This document shows, in pieces, positions 46,009 through 56,246 of a stretch of DNA of 64,000 nucleotides (position 1 is the stretch's first letter; the number at the start of each line of letters is the position of its first letter). The notes beneath the pieces are model-generated. The model did not search any database and was not told the DNA's origin. It saw nothing but the letters and a program-made list of their open reading frames with translations. The translations under genes and the position numbers were made by a program. Source of the stretch: Dehalococcoidia bacterium (GTDB taxonomy: Bacteria > Chloroflexota > Dehalococcoidia > Lucifugimonadales > JADFKI01); the NCBI GenBank assembly GCA_963422525.1, contig OY730226.1, forward strand, positions 1,982,881-2,046,880. Reading direction: 5' to 3'.

Positions 46009-46959
46009 ATGCCCGCACAGATACCGAGTGAAGAAGAGGTTCTGAGCTACTTTGACAAGTTGTCCAATTGGGGACGCTGGGGCGATGACGATGAGCACGG
46101 TACGCTGAACTTGCTATCCAACGAGAAGACGCTGCAAGCGGTATCGCTGGTGCGGGAAGGCGCAACGGTGTCATGCTCGCGGACGGTTGCTTGGACGCCG
46201 GAGGCTGACCATATGTCCACACCGCTGCATTTCATGCTGGAGAGCGGCGAGGGCTGGGCAAGCGGCGACAAGGTTACGAATCGCCCAAGTCAGGCTGCGA
46301 CCGACTTCTTCGGAATGGCATTTCACGGCTATCACATTACGCATATGGATAGCCTCGCCCACTTCTTCTGGCAGGGCAAGATGTACAATGGGCGTCCGCC
46401 GCATCTCGTATCGACAGGTATGGGCGCGACGGTGGAATCGATCGAGCTCGCCAAGGATGGCATCGCAACGCGCGGCGTGCTTGTGGATGTACCGATGATA
46501 CGCGGCGTTGACTGGGTGGAACGCGGCGAAGGCGTGATGCCTGAGGACATCCTCGCTGCCGAAGAGCGATGCGGCTTCCGCATCGAAGAGGGCGATGTAC
46601 TGTTGGTGCGTACCGGCAATCTGCATCGCCGCAATATGGAAGGGCCGGTCAATCCTCGAGAGGCAGGTTCGCCCGCTTGTCAGGCGGCGTGTCTGCCTTT
46701 GTTCCATGAGCGCGGCATCGCCGTGCTGGGCAGCGACACCGGCAACGATGTTATGCCGACCCAGTATTCCAGCATGTCAAATCCTATCCATCAGGTCGGC
46801 ATCGTCGCTATGGGCCTGTGGATTCTGGATAATCCGAATCTGGAGGAGCTGGCAGCGGCGTGCAAAGAGCGCAATAGGTGGGAGTTCATGCTCACCATCA
46901 ACCCGCTGCGGCTGTTCAACACCACCGGGTCGCCTGTAAACCCCATTGCCATCTTCTAG
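46009..46959 (+). CDS. cyclase-family protein (kynurenine formamidase-like)
   Basis: FHGYHITHMDSLAHF resembles the HxGTHxDxPxH cyclase motif. Typical length. Confidence 0.75.
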   Translation: MPAQIPSEEEVLSYFDKLSNWGRWGDDDEHGTLNLLSNEKTLQAVSLVREGATVSCSRTVAWTPEADHMSTPLHFMLESGEGWASGDKVTNRPSQAATDFFGMAFHGYHITHMDSLAHFFWQGKMYNGRPPHLVSTGMGATVESIELAKDGIATRGVLVDVPMIRGVDWVERGEGVMPEDILAAEERCGFRIEEGDVLLVRTGNLHRRNMEGPVNPREAGSPACQAACLPLFHERGIAVLGSDTGNDVMPTQYSSMSNPIHQVGIVAMGLWILDNPNLEELAAACKERNRWEFMLTINPLRLFNTTGSPVNPIAIF

Positions 46960-47026
46960 CGAGGGACAGCGCTAACAGCATAGAAACTATGCGGGTAAGA
47001 CAAGGCTATGCGGAATGAAGGAAGCG

Positions 47027-47848
47027 TCATCTCATCGCGGCGTCCAAGCGGCTCAAGAAGGCAGCGACTTCCGGTACCCCGTTGAGGCTGTAATCGGCGT
47101 TGTCCAGCACGGATGCGGGTGTGCCGTTCTGAATGACCGCAATGGCAAGCCCACCGACCAGACCCTCTGCCCTGTGCCGTCGGAGAGTGCGGAGGGCGTC
47201 GGCGTCGGTAGTATCGTCCCCTAGGGCCAGCACACTCTTCAGATTCCAGTCTCGAATCAACCTGCTTAGTGCGTACCCTTTGTTCACTTCGCTCTTAGCC
47301 CGAATCTCCAGAATTTTGTTCCCCCGAAAGATCTCCATATCCGCTACTCCGGGGACGGCTTCCAGCGCGGTTTCGATGCGTTGAAGCGCCGCATCTTCGT
47401 CGTCCGCCATGCGATAGTGGATTGAGACGCTGAAGCCCTTGTTCTCCCACACAAGGCCAGGAACATCCGCAAGTTTCCGAAGCCTGTCAAGTATTTCCTG
47501 TATGCCCTCAAAACGTTCGATGGCTTCCGGCGCAGTGTCAAGTGAGCCGCCATCGATGTACTCCGCACCGTGATTGCCGACGAAGACAATTCCGTCCATG
47601 CACACACGCCGCCGAACGTCCGCTGCTGCCCTACCTGACACAACCGCTGTCAGCTTGAGCTTTCGGGATAGGCTGCGTAAGGGGGCCACTACGGCGGGGA
47701 ATACTACCGCATCGTCAAGCATCGGGACGAACTCTGATATGGTGCCATCGAAGTCGAGCGCCAACCCCAATGCGTCTTGGGAAACACTTTCAAGCGCCGC
47801 ATCCAGGTTGTCCAGCAAGTTGGGGGGATAGCTATCAGTGAGGCTCAC
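47027..47848 (-). CDS. otsB: trehalose-phosphatase (HAD-IIB)
   Basis: LALDFDGTISEF (DxDGT), VVSGRAAADV, and LGDDTTDADA motifs. Confidence 0.8.
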   Translation of the reverse strand: MSLTDSYPPNLLDNLDAALESVSQDALGLALDFDGTISEFVPMLDDAVVFPAVVAPLRSLSRKLKLTAVVSGRAAADVRRRVCMDGIVFVGNHGAEYIDGGSLDTAPEAIERFEGIQEILDRLRKLADVPGLVWENKGFSVSIHYRMADDEDAALQRIETALEAVPGVADMEIFRGNKILEIRAKSEVNKGYALSRLIRDWNLKSVLALGDDTTDADALRTLRRHRAEGLVGGLAIAVIQNGTPASVLDNADYSLNGVPEVAAFLSRLDAAMR

Positions 47849-48848
47849 TACGACACGGCTCCTCTACATCGACGCTTAGCAGAATTCTGACGGCGCGCGA
47901 CACCAGCGACGACGCAAGTCGCACCTTGTAGCCGTTGTCGGTGAGCGGCGTCGCTCCTTCGACTGCAAGGCGTCCTATGCGCTCGGCGTCTATGTCGCTT
48001 ATTGTCTTGCTGAGCATGGCGCTTTCTGCATTACGAGCGCGGTGGGGCACGGGCGCAACGCCACCAAGCGCTATGCGCGCGCTGCCAATCGTATCATCGG
48101 CGACCTCGACTGCCAGCGCCACGCTCACCAGCGCAAAGTCCATCGCCTGCCTTTCTTTAGCTTTCAGATATACACTACGAAGGTTTGCTGTAGCAGGTGG
48201 AATAACAACCGCAGTCAAGATTTCGCCAGGGCGCAGCACGTTCTCCGAGGTTACATCTACCTCCGGCGCAGCGAAAAAGTCCTGCATCGGCAGCAGGCGC
48301 GCGCCACCCGCAGACTCGGTCGCCACCTGCGCATCCAAAGCCATCAGCGCAACGGCGGTATCGGATGGGTGTACTGCGGGGCAGACTTCGCCGCCTATGA
48401 TTGCGTGGAACTTGTTTGCGCCGTCGTGGGCAAAACAGCGCGCGCCGCCCTTCTTGCGGCAATCGAACAGCGGGCTGCGGTAGTACCAACAGCGCGGACG
48501 TTGACACAGGTTGCCGCCAAGCGTTCCAGTATTGCGGATCTGCGGCGTGGCAACTGACTCAGCCGCCTCCGCAAGCGCCGCATACCGCGTTCGAATCTGA
48601 GAGTTCTCCGCAATTTCGGCGATTGTAGTCATTGCCCCGATGCGCGCTACATCGCCACCGAGCGAAACTCCCATAAGCCCGGTAATAGATTGCAGGCTTA
48701 CCAACTTTGCAGGCTGGGCTATGCCCTGCTTGATTTCCCCAAACAAGTCGGTGCCGCCCGCGACAATTTTCGCGGTTACTTCATTTGCCGTCAGCAATTC
48801 ACCGGCTTCGGCAACGCTGTGAGCAGGTACAAATTCGAATGTGTTCAT
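47835..48848 (-). CDS. xanthine dehydrogenase-family FAD-binding (medium) subunit
   Basis: FEFVPAHSVAEAGELL..KIVAGGTDL and TLGGNLCQ motifs of CoxM/CutM-type subunits. Confidence 0.85.
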   Translation of the reverse strand: MNTFEFVPAHSVAEAGELLTANEVTAKIVAGGTDLFGEIKQGIAQPAKLVSLQSITGLMGVSLGGDVARIGAMTTIAEIAENSQIRTRYAALAEAAESVATPQIRNTGTLGGNLCQRPRCWYYRSPLFDCRKKGGARCFAHDGANKFHAIIGGEVCPAVHPSDTAVALMALDAQVATESAGGARLLPMQDFFAAPEVDVTSENVLRPGEILTAVVIPPATANLRSVYLKAKERQAMDFALVSVALAVEVADDTIGSARIALGGVAPVPHRARNAESAMLSKTISDIDAERIGRLAVEGATPLTDNGYKVRLASSLVSRAVRILLSVDVEEPCRSEPH

Positions 48849-48854
48849 GGAAGT

Positions 48855-51119
48855 TTAAACTTCGCTCTGCGCGCCTAAAGCATTGAGGATTTTGTCTGGC
48901 GTCGCAGGTAGGTCGGTGATGCGCACACCCACGGCATCGTAAATAGCGTTGATGACTGCGGGCGCCACGCCGATGCTGGGTGGCTCGCCAAGCGCCTTTG
49001 CTCCGAATGGGCCTATCGGGTCCACGACATCAGCGAATATCGTCTGAATAGGCGGATACTCCTGAATCGTCGGGCTTTTGTGTTCCAGGAAACTGGCATT
49101 GAGAGTAATCCCGCTGTGCCTGTCGGTCAGCATCTCTTCCGAAAGCGTGAATCCGAGCATCTGCGACACGCCTCCCTCGACCTGATTCACTGCGAGTTGT
49201 GGGTTCAGAATGCGGCCGGAATCGTGCGCCGCAACATACTTCAACACGCGAACGTTGCCCGTCTCAGTGTTCACTTCCACCTGTGCAAAATGTGCGCCGA
49301 ATGAGTTCACTATGTGATCTTTGCTGCCTGGTGTAACTGACGCTTCGACTTCAAGGGGATGTTCCGTAACGGAGGCTGCGATGTCGGCAAGCGAGAGGTG
49401 TGCCACACCGTCATCCGAAGTGACGCGCCCATCCACAATATCGAGTGCGTTCACATCTTCATCTAGGCGCGTGGCAGCGATACGCAGGATCTTCGCCTTC
49501 AGTTCGGTCGCCGCCTGCCGAGCGGCTGAGCCGGTGGAGAACGTCGCGGTGGAGCCGGCGGTGATGGGCGCTTCGGGCGTCCGGCGCGTGTCGCCAAAGG
49601 TTACGCGTACATCGTCATACGATATGTCCATTGTTTCGGCGACAATCTGTGAGATGACGGTTGCGCTGCCCTCGCCGACATCCATAAGCCCAGCGATGAG
49701 CTGCACGCTGCCGTCATAGTTCAGCCTTAGATTTGCCGACGACCTGCCGCCAGGCCCGCCGCGATAGATGAACATGCCCATGCCGCTCCCTATCTTCCGG
49801 TGCGATGGGGACCGCGGTTGTATGCCGTGCCTATCCTTCCAGCCGAACGCCTTCGCGCCCGATTCCAGGCACTCGCGCAGACCGTTCGACGAGAACGGAA
49901 TACCCCCTTCAACAGGCTGTGTGTCGATAATCTCAGTGGTGGGTGTTACTCTTTCGCCTGGCTGACCATCGATGCCAACATGGTTTCGCAGCCGGAAGTC
50001 CAGGGGATCTATGCCGAGTTCATCGGCGATATGATTCATCGTAACCTCAAGGGCGAAATGACCTTGTGGCGCCCCCAGCGCACGATATGAACCCGCAGAC
50101 GGCTGGTTCGTATAGACAAGGTAGCCGTCATAGCGGACATTGGCGCAGTGGTAAAGATAAAGCGCGCCCTGCCCTGCCCGCCTGACCACGCCCGGACCCG
50201 ATGACAGATATGCGCCTGTGTCCATGAGCGTGACAGCGTGAATGGCGGTGATTGCGCCGTCGCTAGTTACTCCAACCTTTACAGTGGTCTCGGTTGAATG
50301 GCGCTTTCTGCCGGCTACAAATTCTTCCTCTCGCGTGGCCTCAATCTTCACAGGCTTCCCTGCCCTTTGAGCGAGCACGGCGGCTATGGCTGACAAGCGG
50401 GTCTCGTCCTTGCTGCCATAGCCGGCGCCCATAGTTGCGCCGATGACATGAACGGCATCACGCTCGATCCCCAATGCCAGCGCAAGATTGAGTCGATCCG
50501 CATGGACGCCCCGCGAAGATTTCCAGACAGTTAGGCAGTCGCCTTCCCACATCGCTACAGCCGCCCTTGGCTCTAGAGCGGCGGCAGAGTGCGACGGCGT
50601 GGTGAACGACATGCTGAAAATACGGTCGGCTTGCGCAAAACCTTCATCGACGTTGCCGCGCGACAAGGACAGCGGCTTGCCGCCCACCAAGTTCCCGTCG
50701 GGATGCACGCGAGGCGCGTCCTGCTCGATGGCTTGGCGCGCAGTCGTAACGAATGGCAACGACTCGTAACTGATTTCAAGCAAGCCGGCGGCATATTCAG
50801 CCAAGTCTTCGTCATCGGCGGCGACGGCGGCGACCTCATCACCGACATAGCGCACCGTGCTGTCGAGGATAGGCAGATCGGGCGCCACCTTGCCATCAGG
50901 CACATCGAACGGCGTCAGAATCGCATGCACTCCCGGCAGATTTTTGAGCGCCGAGGTGTCTATCGTGGTTATGCGAGCATGTGGGTGCGGGCTGCGCACA
51001 ATCTTGCCGTGAAGCATACCCGGCAAGCGGATGTCGCTGACGTACTTAGCCTCGCCGGTCAGCTTTTCCGGCAAGTCGCGCCGAGCAACGGAGCCGCCGA
51101 TCACCGCATTCGGCTTCAA
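48855..51119 (-). CDS. xanthine dehydrogenase-family molybdopterin-binding (large) subunit
   Basis: Aldehyde oxidase/xanthine dehydrogenase a/b hammerhead and Moco-binding domains (RRDLPEKLTGEAKYVSD, GGYGSK-like MGAGYGSKD). The likely start is TTG 51119 overlapping the small-subunit stop (TTGA). The ORF-track start 51281 would overlap the 2Fe-2S gene by 166 nt. Confidence 0.85.
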   Translation of the reverse strand: MKPNAVIGGSVARRDLPEKLTGEAKYVSDIRLPGMLHGKIVRSPHPHARITTIDTSALKNLPGVHAILTPFDVPDGKVAPDLPILDSTVRYVGDEVAAVAADDEDLAEYAAGLLEISYESLPFVTTARQAIEQDAPRVHPDGNLVGGKPLSLSRGNVDEGFAQADRIFSMSFTTPSHSAAALEPRAAVAMWEGDCLTVWKSSRGVHADRLNLALALGIERDAVHVIGATMGAGYGSKDETRLSAIAAVLAQRAGKPVKIEATREEEFVAGRKRHSTETTVKVGVTSDGAITAIHAVTLMDTGAYLSSGPGVVRRAGQGALYLYHCANVRYDGYLVYTNQPSAGSYRALGAPQGHFALEVTMNHIADELGIDPLDFRLRNHVGIDGQPGERVTPTTEIIDTQPVEGGIPFSSNGLRECLESGAKAFGWKDRHGIQPRSPSHRKIGSGMGMFIYRGGPGGRSSANLRLNYDGSVQLIAGLMDVGEGSATVISQIVAETMDISYDDVRVTFGDTRRTPEAPITAGSTATFSTGSAARQAATELKAKILRIAATRLDEDVNALDIVDGRVTSDDGVAHLSLADIAASVTEHPLEVEASVTPGSKDHIVNSFGAHFAQVEVNTETGNVRVLKYVAAHDSGRILNPQLAVNQVEGGVSQMLGFTLSEEMLTDRHSGITLNASFLEHKSPTIQEYPPIQTIFADVVDPIGPFGAKALGEPPSIGVAPAVINAIYDAVGVRITDLPATPDKILNALGAQSEV

Positions 51120-51586
51120 TTGCGCGCCGCCTGCTTCACGGATTCGATGATGCGGCCGTAGGCATTGCACCGACACAGATTGCCTGAGAGAGCGCGGCGA
51201 ATTTGCTTTTCGGTAGGATTCGGCGCTGCGTCCAGCAGAGCTTTGGCGCTCAGCACGAATCCAGGCGTGCAGTAGCCACATTGTCCCCCGTCGTTGTCCA
51301 AGAACGCCTGCTGAATCGAATGCAGATTGTCACTATCGCCAAGCGCCTCTATCGTGGTAACGCCGCGGTCGCCAACCTGCAGAACGAGCATCTGACAGGC
51401 GTACACGGGGTCGCCGTCCATCAGCACGGTGCATGCGCCACACTCACCTCTGTCGCAGCCGCGCTTGGCGCCGGTGAGGCTGAGCGTTTCGCGCAGGACA
51501 TGCAGAAGTGTCCAGTGGTGACGCACTTGGATGTTGTGAACTCTGCCGTTCACTTTCAGTTCAATTTGGGCGGTGAATGTTGTCAA
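51116..51586 (-). CDS. (2Fe-2S)-binding small subunit of the molybdenum hydroxylase
   Basis: GCDRGECGACTV and CGYCTPG cluster motifs. Confidence 0.9.
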   Translation of the reverse strand: MTTFTAQIELKVNGRVHNIQVRHHWTLLHVLRETLSLTGAKRGCDRGECGACTVLMDGDPVYACQMLVLQVGDRGVTTIEALGDSDNLHSIQQAFLDNDGGQCGYCTPGFVLSAKALLDAAPNPTEKQIRRALSGNLCRCNAYGRIIESVKQAARN

Positions 51587-51594
51587 GAGATGTC

Positions 51595-52344
51595 CTACTG
51601 AGCAGTGATACCACCATCGATTACAAGCTCTGCGCCGGTCATGTAGGATGCATCGTCGGAGGCGAGGAACAGCGCGCCATAAGCGACATCTTCGACTGTG
51701 CCTATCCTGCCCAGCGGAACGCGCGCTTCTGACTCAGCCAAGCCTTCCGGTGTGCGAATGTTGTCGGCAATCATATCGGTGTCGACGGGACCCGGGTGGA
51801 TGGAGTTGGCTCGGATGCCGTCGGGGGCGAGCTGTATCGCCGTATTTTTTGTGAACAGCCGGACACCGCCCTTGGATGCCGTGTAAGCGCCGCCTCTTGG
51901 ACTACCCACCAGCCCTGCGGTTGACGATATGTTGATGATCGAGCCACTCCCTGCCTCTCGCATTGCGGCAATCGAGTGTTTGGTGCCCAGGAACACACCT
52001 TTCAGGTTGATGTCGATGATGCTGTCCCACTCCTCTTCCGAAGCATGCTCAATGGGGACGCGGCTGTATATTGCAGCATTGTTGACTAGGATATCGAGTT
52101 TGCCGAATGTATCAACCGCTTTGGCGACTGCCGATTGCCAATCGGAGGCGCTGGTTACATCCAAGTTCACAAAGAGCGCCCTGCCGCCCGATTCGTTAAT
52201 CTCTGCCTCGACCTGGCTGCCCTCGTCCTGAAGAATGTCGCCGATGACGACCGCAGCGCCCTCCTTAGCGAAGAGTTTTGCCTCCGTCGCGCCCTGTCCA
52301 CGCGCGCCGCCGCTTATCAAAGCCACCTTGCCTTCAAGTCTCAT
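51595..52344 (-). CDS. SDR-family oxidoreductase
   Basis: GKVALISGGARGQGA cofactor motif, NNAAI, and the YTASKGG catalytic Tyr-x3-Lys. Confidence 0.85.
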   Translation of the reverse strand: MRLEGKVALISGGARGQGATEAKLFAKEGAAVVIGDILQDEGSQVEAEINESGGRALFVNLDVTSASDWQSAVAKAVDTFGKLDILVNNAAIYSRVPIEHASEEEWDSIIDINLKGVFLGTKHSIAAMREAGSGSIINISSTAGLVGSPRGGAYTASKGGVRLFTKNTAIQLAPDGIRANSIHPGPVDTDMIADNIRTPEGLAESEARVPLGRIGTVEDVAYGALFLASDDASYMTGAELVIDGGITAQ

Positions 52345-52565
52345 GTCCTGTCCCCTCTCTCACGCTGCCCGCATCCGGTAGCCGAATGCGCCTAGTTTGA
52401 TCTCTAATTCGTCCCTTGACTGGCTTCCACAAGCATCCGAGGTTAACGCATTGTCAGAACCACGCATCAAACGAGATTTTACCACTAATGCAAAGGCAAC
52501 ACAAAACCGCCAAACATCAAGGGTATGTACTTTTGGGCTGCTGCCATTTTCAGTACAAATTGGGG

Positions 52566-52595
52566 TTGACAAGAACGCTCGTACTGTTCTAATAT
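52566..52595 (+). promoter_or_regulatory. sigma70-like promoter candidate
   Basis: TTGACA (52566-52571), an 18-nt spacer, then TAATAT (52590-52595). It is followed by a GAGGGAG SD and the ATG at 52628. Confidence 0.4.
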
Positions 52596-52627
52596 GTTCT
52601 AAACATTGAAGAGGGAGAAACGAAGCG

Positions 52628-52894
52628 ATGCGTTCAGAAGCAACTCACACAGTCAACCACCAAATTCGCATGCCGGGCATGCCTCTGCGCCGCATGCTTC
52701 CAAAGGTTGCGACATGCTGCAGTGTCTATGTGGGCCAGCAAGTCGTGTATATGGGCAATGTTAACGGCGGCCCCAGATTTGGCAGCAGGGGCGTGGTTAC
52801 GGAAGCCTTTCAACACAAAGCAGTGGTGGACATGGGTACATCGGGCGTATGGAACATCCCTTATCACTTTCTTACCCTACCACAGGCGGCATAA
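52628..52894 (+). CDS. hypothetical small protein upstream of ftsZ
   Basis: An 88-aa ORF with a consensus-like promoter and SD. No recognisable motif. Confidence 0.35.
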   Translation: MRSEATHTVNHQIRMPGMPLRRMLPKVATCCSVYVGQQVVYMGNVNGGPRFGSRGVVTEAFQHKAVVDMGTSGVWNIPYHFLTLPQAA

Positions 52895-52953
52895 TGCGCG
52901 CCCACAAAGACGCGAGAACACACATCGACAATTGAGGAGACGGAGACAACGCA

Positions 52954-54090
52954 ATGCTAGAACACATCATATCCGGTATCGCATTTGGCAGGAAGAAAAA
53001 CATTCACTCTTTCCTGGCCGTTCCATCGTCGAAAGTCAGCGTGAAGGTCGTAGGAGTGGGAGGCGCTGGAGGAAACGCCGTATCCCGGATGGTTCGGGGC
53101 GGCCTCGCACAAGTTGAGGCGTTCGCCCTGAACACGGACTTGCAGGCGCTCTCGGGATTAAAATACGTGCCCTCATACGCTATCGGACCGCAGACCGTGA
53201 ACGGCATGGGTTCCGGTGGTCGCCCGGAAGTGGGGCGGCGCGCCATAAAGGAGAGCCAGAAACATGTCGCAGAACTTCTCGACGGTGCGGATATGGTGTT
53301 CATCACAGCGGGTATGGGCGGTGGCACCGGGACGGGCGCTTCGTCAGTCGTCGCCGATATTGCAAGAAAGAAGGGCGCGCTGACCGTCGGCGTCGTTACG
53401 CTGCCGTTCTCGTTCGAGGGTTCGCAGCGGCGCGCTGTCGCCGAGCAAGGGTTGCGCAGCCTGAAGCAGAAGGTGGACACGCTTATAGTCGTGGAGAACG
53501 ATAGACTGTTACCCTCGCTGAAGGGCAAGATGTCGCTGGAACGCGCATTTGAAGCCGCCGACGGTATATTGCAGCAGGGCGTCAAAGGAATATCCGACAT
53601 CATCACGGTGCCCGGAATGATAAATGTGGACTTCGCGGATGTGCGCTCGGTAATGAGCGGCGCGGGCGCGGCATTCATGGCATGCGGCGAGGGCGAAGGT
53701 AAATGGGCGGCGATAGAAGCGGCGCGCGGCGCGCTCGCCAATCCCTTATTCAACGCCCCAATAGAAGGGGCGACCGGCATCCTGTTCAATATCACCGGCG
53801 GTAGGAGTTTGACTCTTGGACAGGTGCATGAAGTCGCTGAGATTATCCGCAAGGCGGCAAATTCAGACGCGAATGTAATCTTTGGAGTAGTGCAGGATCG
53901 GCAACTGAAGAAGCGCGTCAGCATCACGCTTGTTGGCACGGGCGTTGGCAGCCAACGCCAAGACTTGCCCAAAGATGAGAGCGACAGCAAGGTTTCGCTG
54001 TCGGACGCAGATCTGACCAATCTTTTGGGCAATCAAGGTCGCAACGGTCACTCACACTCAGCATTGGAGCTCACAAGCAAGCTATTGTAG
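52954..54090 (+). CDS. ftsZ: cell division protein FtsZ
   Basis: VVGVGGAGGNAV, the tubulin signature GMGGGTGTGA, and NVDFADV. Confidence 0.95.
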   Translation: MLEHIISGIAFGRKKNIHSFLAVPSSKVSVKVVGVGGAGGNAVSRMVRGGLAQVEAFALNTDLQALSGLKYVPSYAIGPQTVNGMGSGGRPEVGRRAIKESQKHVAELLDGADMVFITAGMGGGTGTGASSVVADIARKKGALTVGVVTLPFSFEGSQRRAVAEQGLRSLKQKVDTLIVVENDRLLPSLKGKMSLERAFEAADGILQQGVKGISDIITVPGMINVDFADVRSVMSGAGAAFMACGEGEGKWAAIEAARGALANPLFNAPIEGATGILFNITGGRSLTLGQVHEVAEIIRKAANSDANVIFGVVQDRQLKKRVSITLVGTGVGSQRQDLPKDESDSKVSLSDADLTNLLGNQGRNGHSHSALELTSKLL

Positions 54091-54173
54091 CGCTGCTAAT
54101 GCCACCAAATTGAGGAGTTGTGGCGCTGACGCGGCGATTCCACAGGTTGACTACAAACGGAATAAATGCGCCG

Positions 54174-54629
54174 CTATGACATAGTGGATTTGAAGGTTTG
54201 AATGCCGCCTATCAGCGCAGACACGGACAGCAGAGCGCACTTGATACGCACCGGATAGTCGCGCACACCGGCTAGGCTGGACAGGTCGCCTTCTTTCTTG
54301 AGCAGTCGCTCGGCTTCGACGTCGCCACGCATCATCTGGCGGAACAGCAATACAAGAGATTCAATCTCATCCAGCGCCTTACCATGTATCGCCTCTGTGA
54401 GCATCGAGCCTGCCGCCATGTTGATGGAGCAACCCACGCTTTGCAAACCTACGCAGTCAACACGGTAGTTTGCGTCAAGACCGAGCTGCAAGTGGATTTC
54501 GTCGCCGCAAAAGGGGTTGATGGCGTCGCCGACTATGTCAGAGTCGATAAGACGGTCTTGGTTTCTGGGATTGCGGCAATGGTCTAGGATTGCATCGCGG
54601 TACAGGTCATTAAGCCTATTTAGCTCCAT
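54174..54629 (-). CDS. sufU: SUF-type NifU/IscU-like Fe-S scaffold (copy 1)
   Basis: NPFCGD, GCSI and RIKCALL conserved Cys positions. Overlaps the sufS stop. Confidence 0.85.
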   Translation of the reverse strand: MELNRLNDLYRDAILDHCRNPRNQDRLIDSDIVGDAINPFCGDEIHLQLGLDANYRVDCVGLQSVGCSINMAAGSMLTEAIHGKALDEIESLVLLFRQMMRGDVEAERLLKKEGDLSSLAGVRDYPVRIKCALLSVSALIGGIQTFKSTMS

Positions 54630-55857
54630 TGCCGAAGTACCTCAGCGCCTCCTTTAGGGCATCAACGAGCATATCAATCTCTTCTTCGGTATTGTAAAGA
54701 TACATACTCGCCCTTGCCGTTGCGGGCACGCCCAGACTCTGCACCATAGGCATAGCGCAGTGATGGCCTGTGCGAATGGCGATGCCTCGCCTGTCCAGCA
54801 CGGTGCCCAGGTCGTGAGGGTGGACATCCGGATGGTGAAACGACACGATGCCGCCACGATTCTCAGCGTCCTTGGGCCCGTAAACATCAAGATCCTCTTC
54901 CAGCTCTTTGAAGGTATTTAGCGCGTATTTCGTCAGACTGACCTCATGCTCGCGGACTTTATCCATGCCAATCGCTTGTAGGTAATCTACGGCGGCGCCC
55001 AGCGCAATCGCGTCGGCGATATTGGGAGTGCCGGCCTCGAAGCGCATCGGCAGGTCGTTCCATGAAGCGTCCTCATATGACACCGCCAACACCATCTCCC
55101 CACCCGTCAGAAACGGGCTCATGCTTTCGAGAGTCTCGCGTTTCACATATAGACCACCAATGCCCGTAGGTCCCAGCATCTTGTGGCCCGAGAACGCAAG
55201 AAAGTCGCAGTCTATATCCTGCACGTCCACCGGCATGTGCGGAACGCTCTGCGCCCCATCGATGAGCACGGCTGCCCCGACGGCACGAGCCTTCTCCGCA
55301 AGCTGCTTGACCGGATTGATTGTGCCAATGGCATTGGATTCGTGGGCGATCGCCAGCAGCTTCGTTCGAGCGCCAATGATGGTGTCCACCGCTCCCATAT
55401 CGAGCGTGTGGTCGGCGGCAAGCGGCAGGATGCGCAGCGACGCGGACTTCCTGCGGGCAATCTGCTGCCAAGGCACTAGGTTGCTGTGGTGCTCCATAGC
55501 GGTAACGACAATCTCGTCGCCGGCTTTGATATTATCCTCTGCCCAGCTGTTGGCGACGAGGTTGATGCCCTCGGTAGTGTTGCGGGTCCAGATTAGGCAG
55601 TCTGAACTCTCCGCACCGATGAAGTCGGCGACCTTTTGGCGCGCCTCTTCATACCGCTCCGTTGACTCCATGCTGAGAGCATGCACACCACGATGGACGT
55701 TGGCGTTATAACCCTCATAGTAGTCCACGAGCGCTTGAATAACCTGGCGCGGCTTCTGCGAAGTAGCCGCCGAATCCAGCCACACCAAGGGCCTGTCGTC
55801 ATAGACGGTCTTGGCGAGGACGGGAAAGTCCTGCCGAATCTTACTCACATCCAGCAT
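54616..55857 (-). CDS. sufS: cysteine desulfurase (group II)
   Basis: ANVHRG, the FSGHKMLGPTGIG PLP-lysine region, and RTGHHCA active-site Cys. Confidence 0.95.
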   Translation of the reverse strand: MLDVSKIRQDFPVLAKTVYDDRPLVWLDSAATSQKPRQVIQALVDYYEGYNANVHRGVHALSMESTERYEEARQKVADFIGAESSDCLIWTRNTTEGINLVANSWAEDNIKAGDEIVVTAMEHHSNLVPWQQIARRKSASLRILPLAADHTLDMGAVDTIIGARTKLLAIAHESNAIGTINPVKQLAEKARAVGAAVLIDGAQSVPHMPVDVQDIDCDFLAFSGHKMLGPTGIGGLYVKRETLESMSPFLTGGEMVLAVSYEDASWNDLPMRFEAGTPNIADAIALGAAVDYLQAIGMDKVREHEVSLTKYALNTFKELEEDLDVYGPKDAENRGGIVSFHHPDVHPHDLGTVLDRRGIAIRTGHHCAMPMVQSLGVPATARASMYLYNTEEEIDMLVDALKEALRYFGNGAK

Positions 55858-55890
55858 GATGTTACCTACTACAATCTCTTGTTTGTACGG

Positions 55891-56196
55891 TTATATTTCA
55901 ATTTCGATGTCTTCACCTTCGACGCGCACCTTGAAAGTGTCAACCGGAACGACGGCGGGCAACTCGGTAGCAGCGCCGTCTCGAACATCGAAGCGCGCGC
56001 CGTGGCGGGGGCATTCAATCTCACATCCTTCCAACGCGGCTTGATCGAAGGAAGAGCCGTCGTGGGTGCACACATCTTCAATGGCATATAATTGCCCATC
56101 GAAATTGCACACGGCTACTGCCCTGTTGCCCACCTCAAACACCTTCGTGCTTCCCGGCGGCACTTCGCTTACGCTTGCGACCTTCTGGAATGCCAT
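55891..56196 (-). CDS. Rieske [2Fe-2S] ferredoxin-like protein
   Basis: CTHDG...CPRHGARF Rieske motif pair in a 101-aa protein. Confidence 0.85.
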   Translation of the reverse strand: MAFQKVASVSEVPPGSTKVFEVGNRAVAVCNFDGQLYAIEDVCTHDGSSFDQAALEGCEIECPRHGARFDVRDGAATELPAVVPVDTFKVRVEGEDIEIEI

Positions 56197-56246
56197 AACT
56201 ACTCTCCCTTGTTTGGCTCTTGTTTGATTCGCTCGATTTAGACCGG

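Noticed and set aside
51120-51281. N-terminal 54-aa extension of the molybdopterin large-subunit ORF
   Set aside because: It would overlap the 2Fe-2S subunit gene by 166 nt and has an atypical composition. The TTG at 51119 overlapping the upstream stop is the more plausible start.
52572-52589. AGAAC-N9-GTTCT inverted repeat within the promoter candidate upstream of the ftsZ region, considered as a LexA/SOS box
   Set aside because: The spacing (9 nt) does not match the GAAC-N4-GTTC Cheo-type box, and the arms are only 5 nt. The evidence is insufficient.
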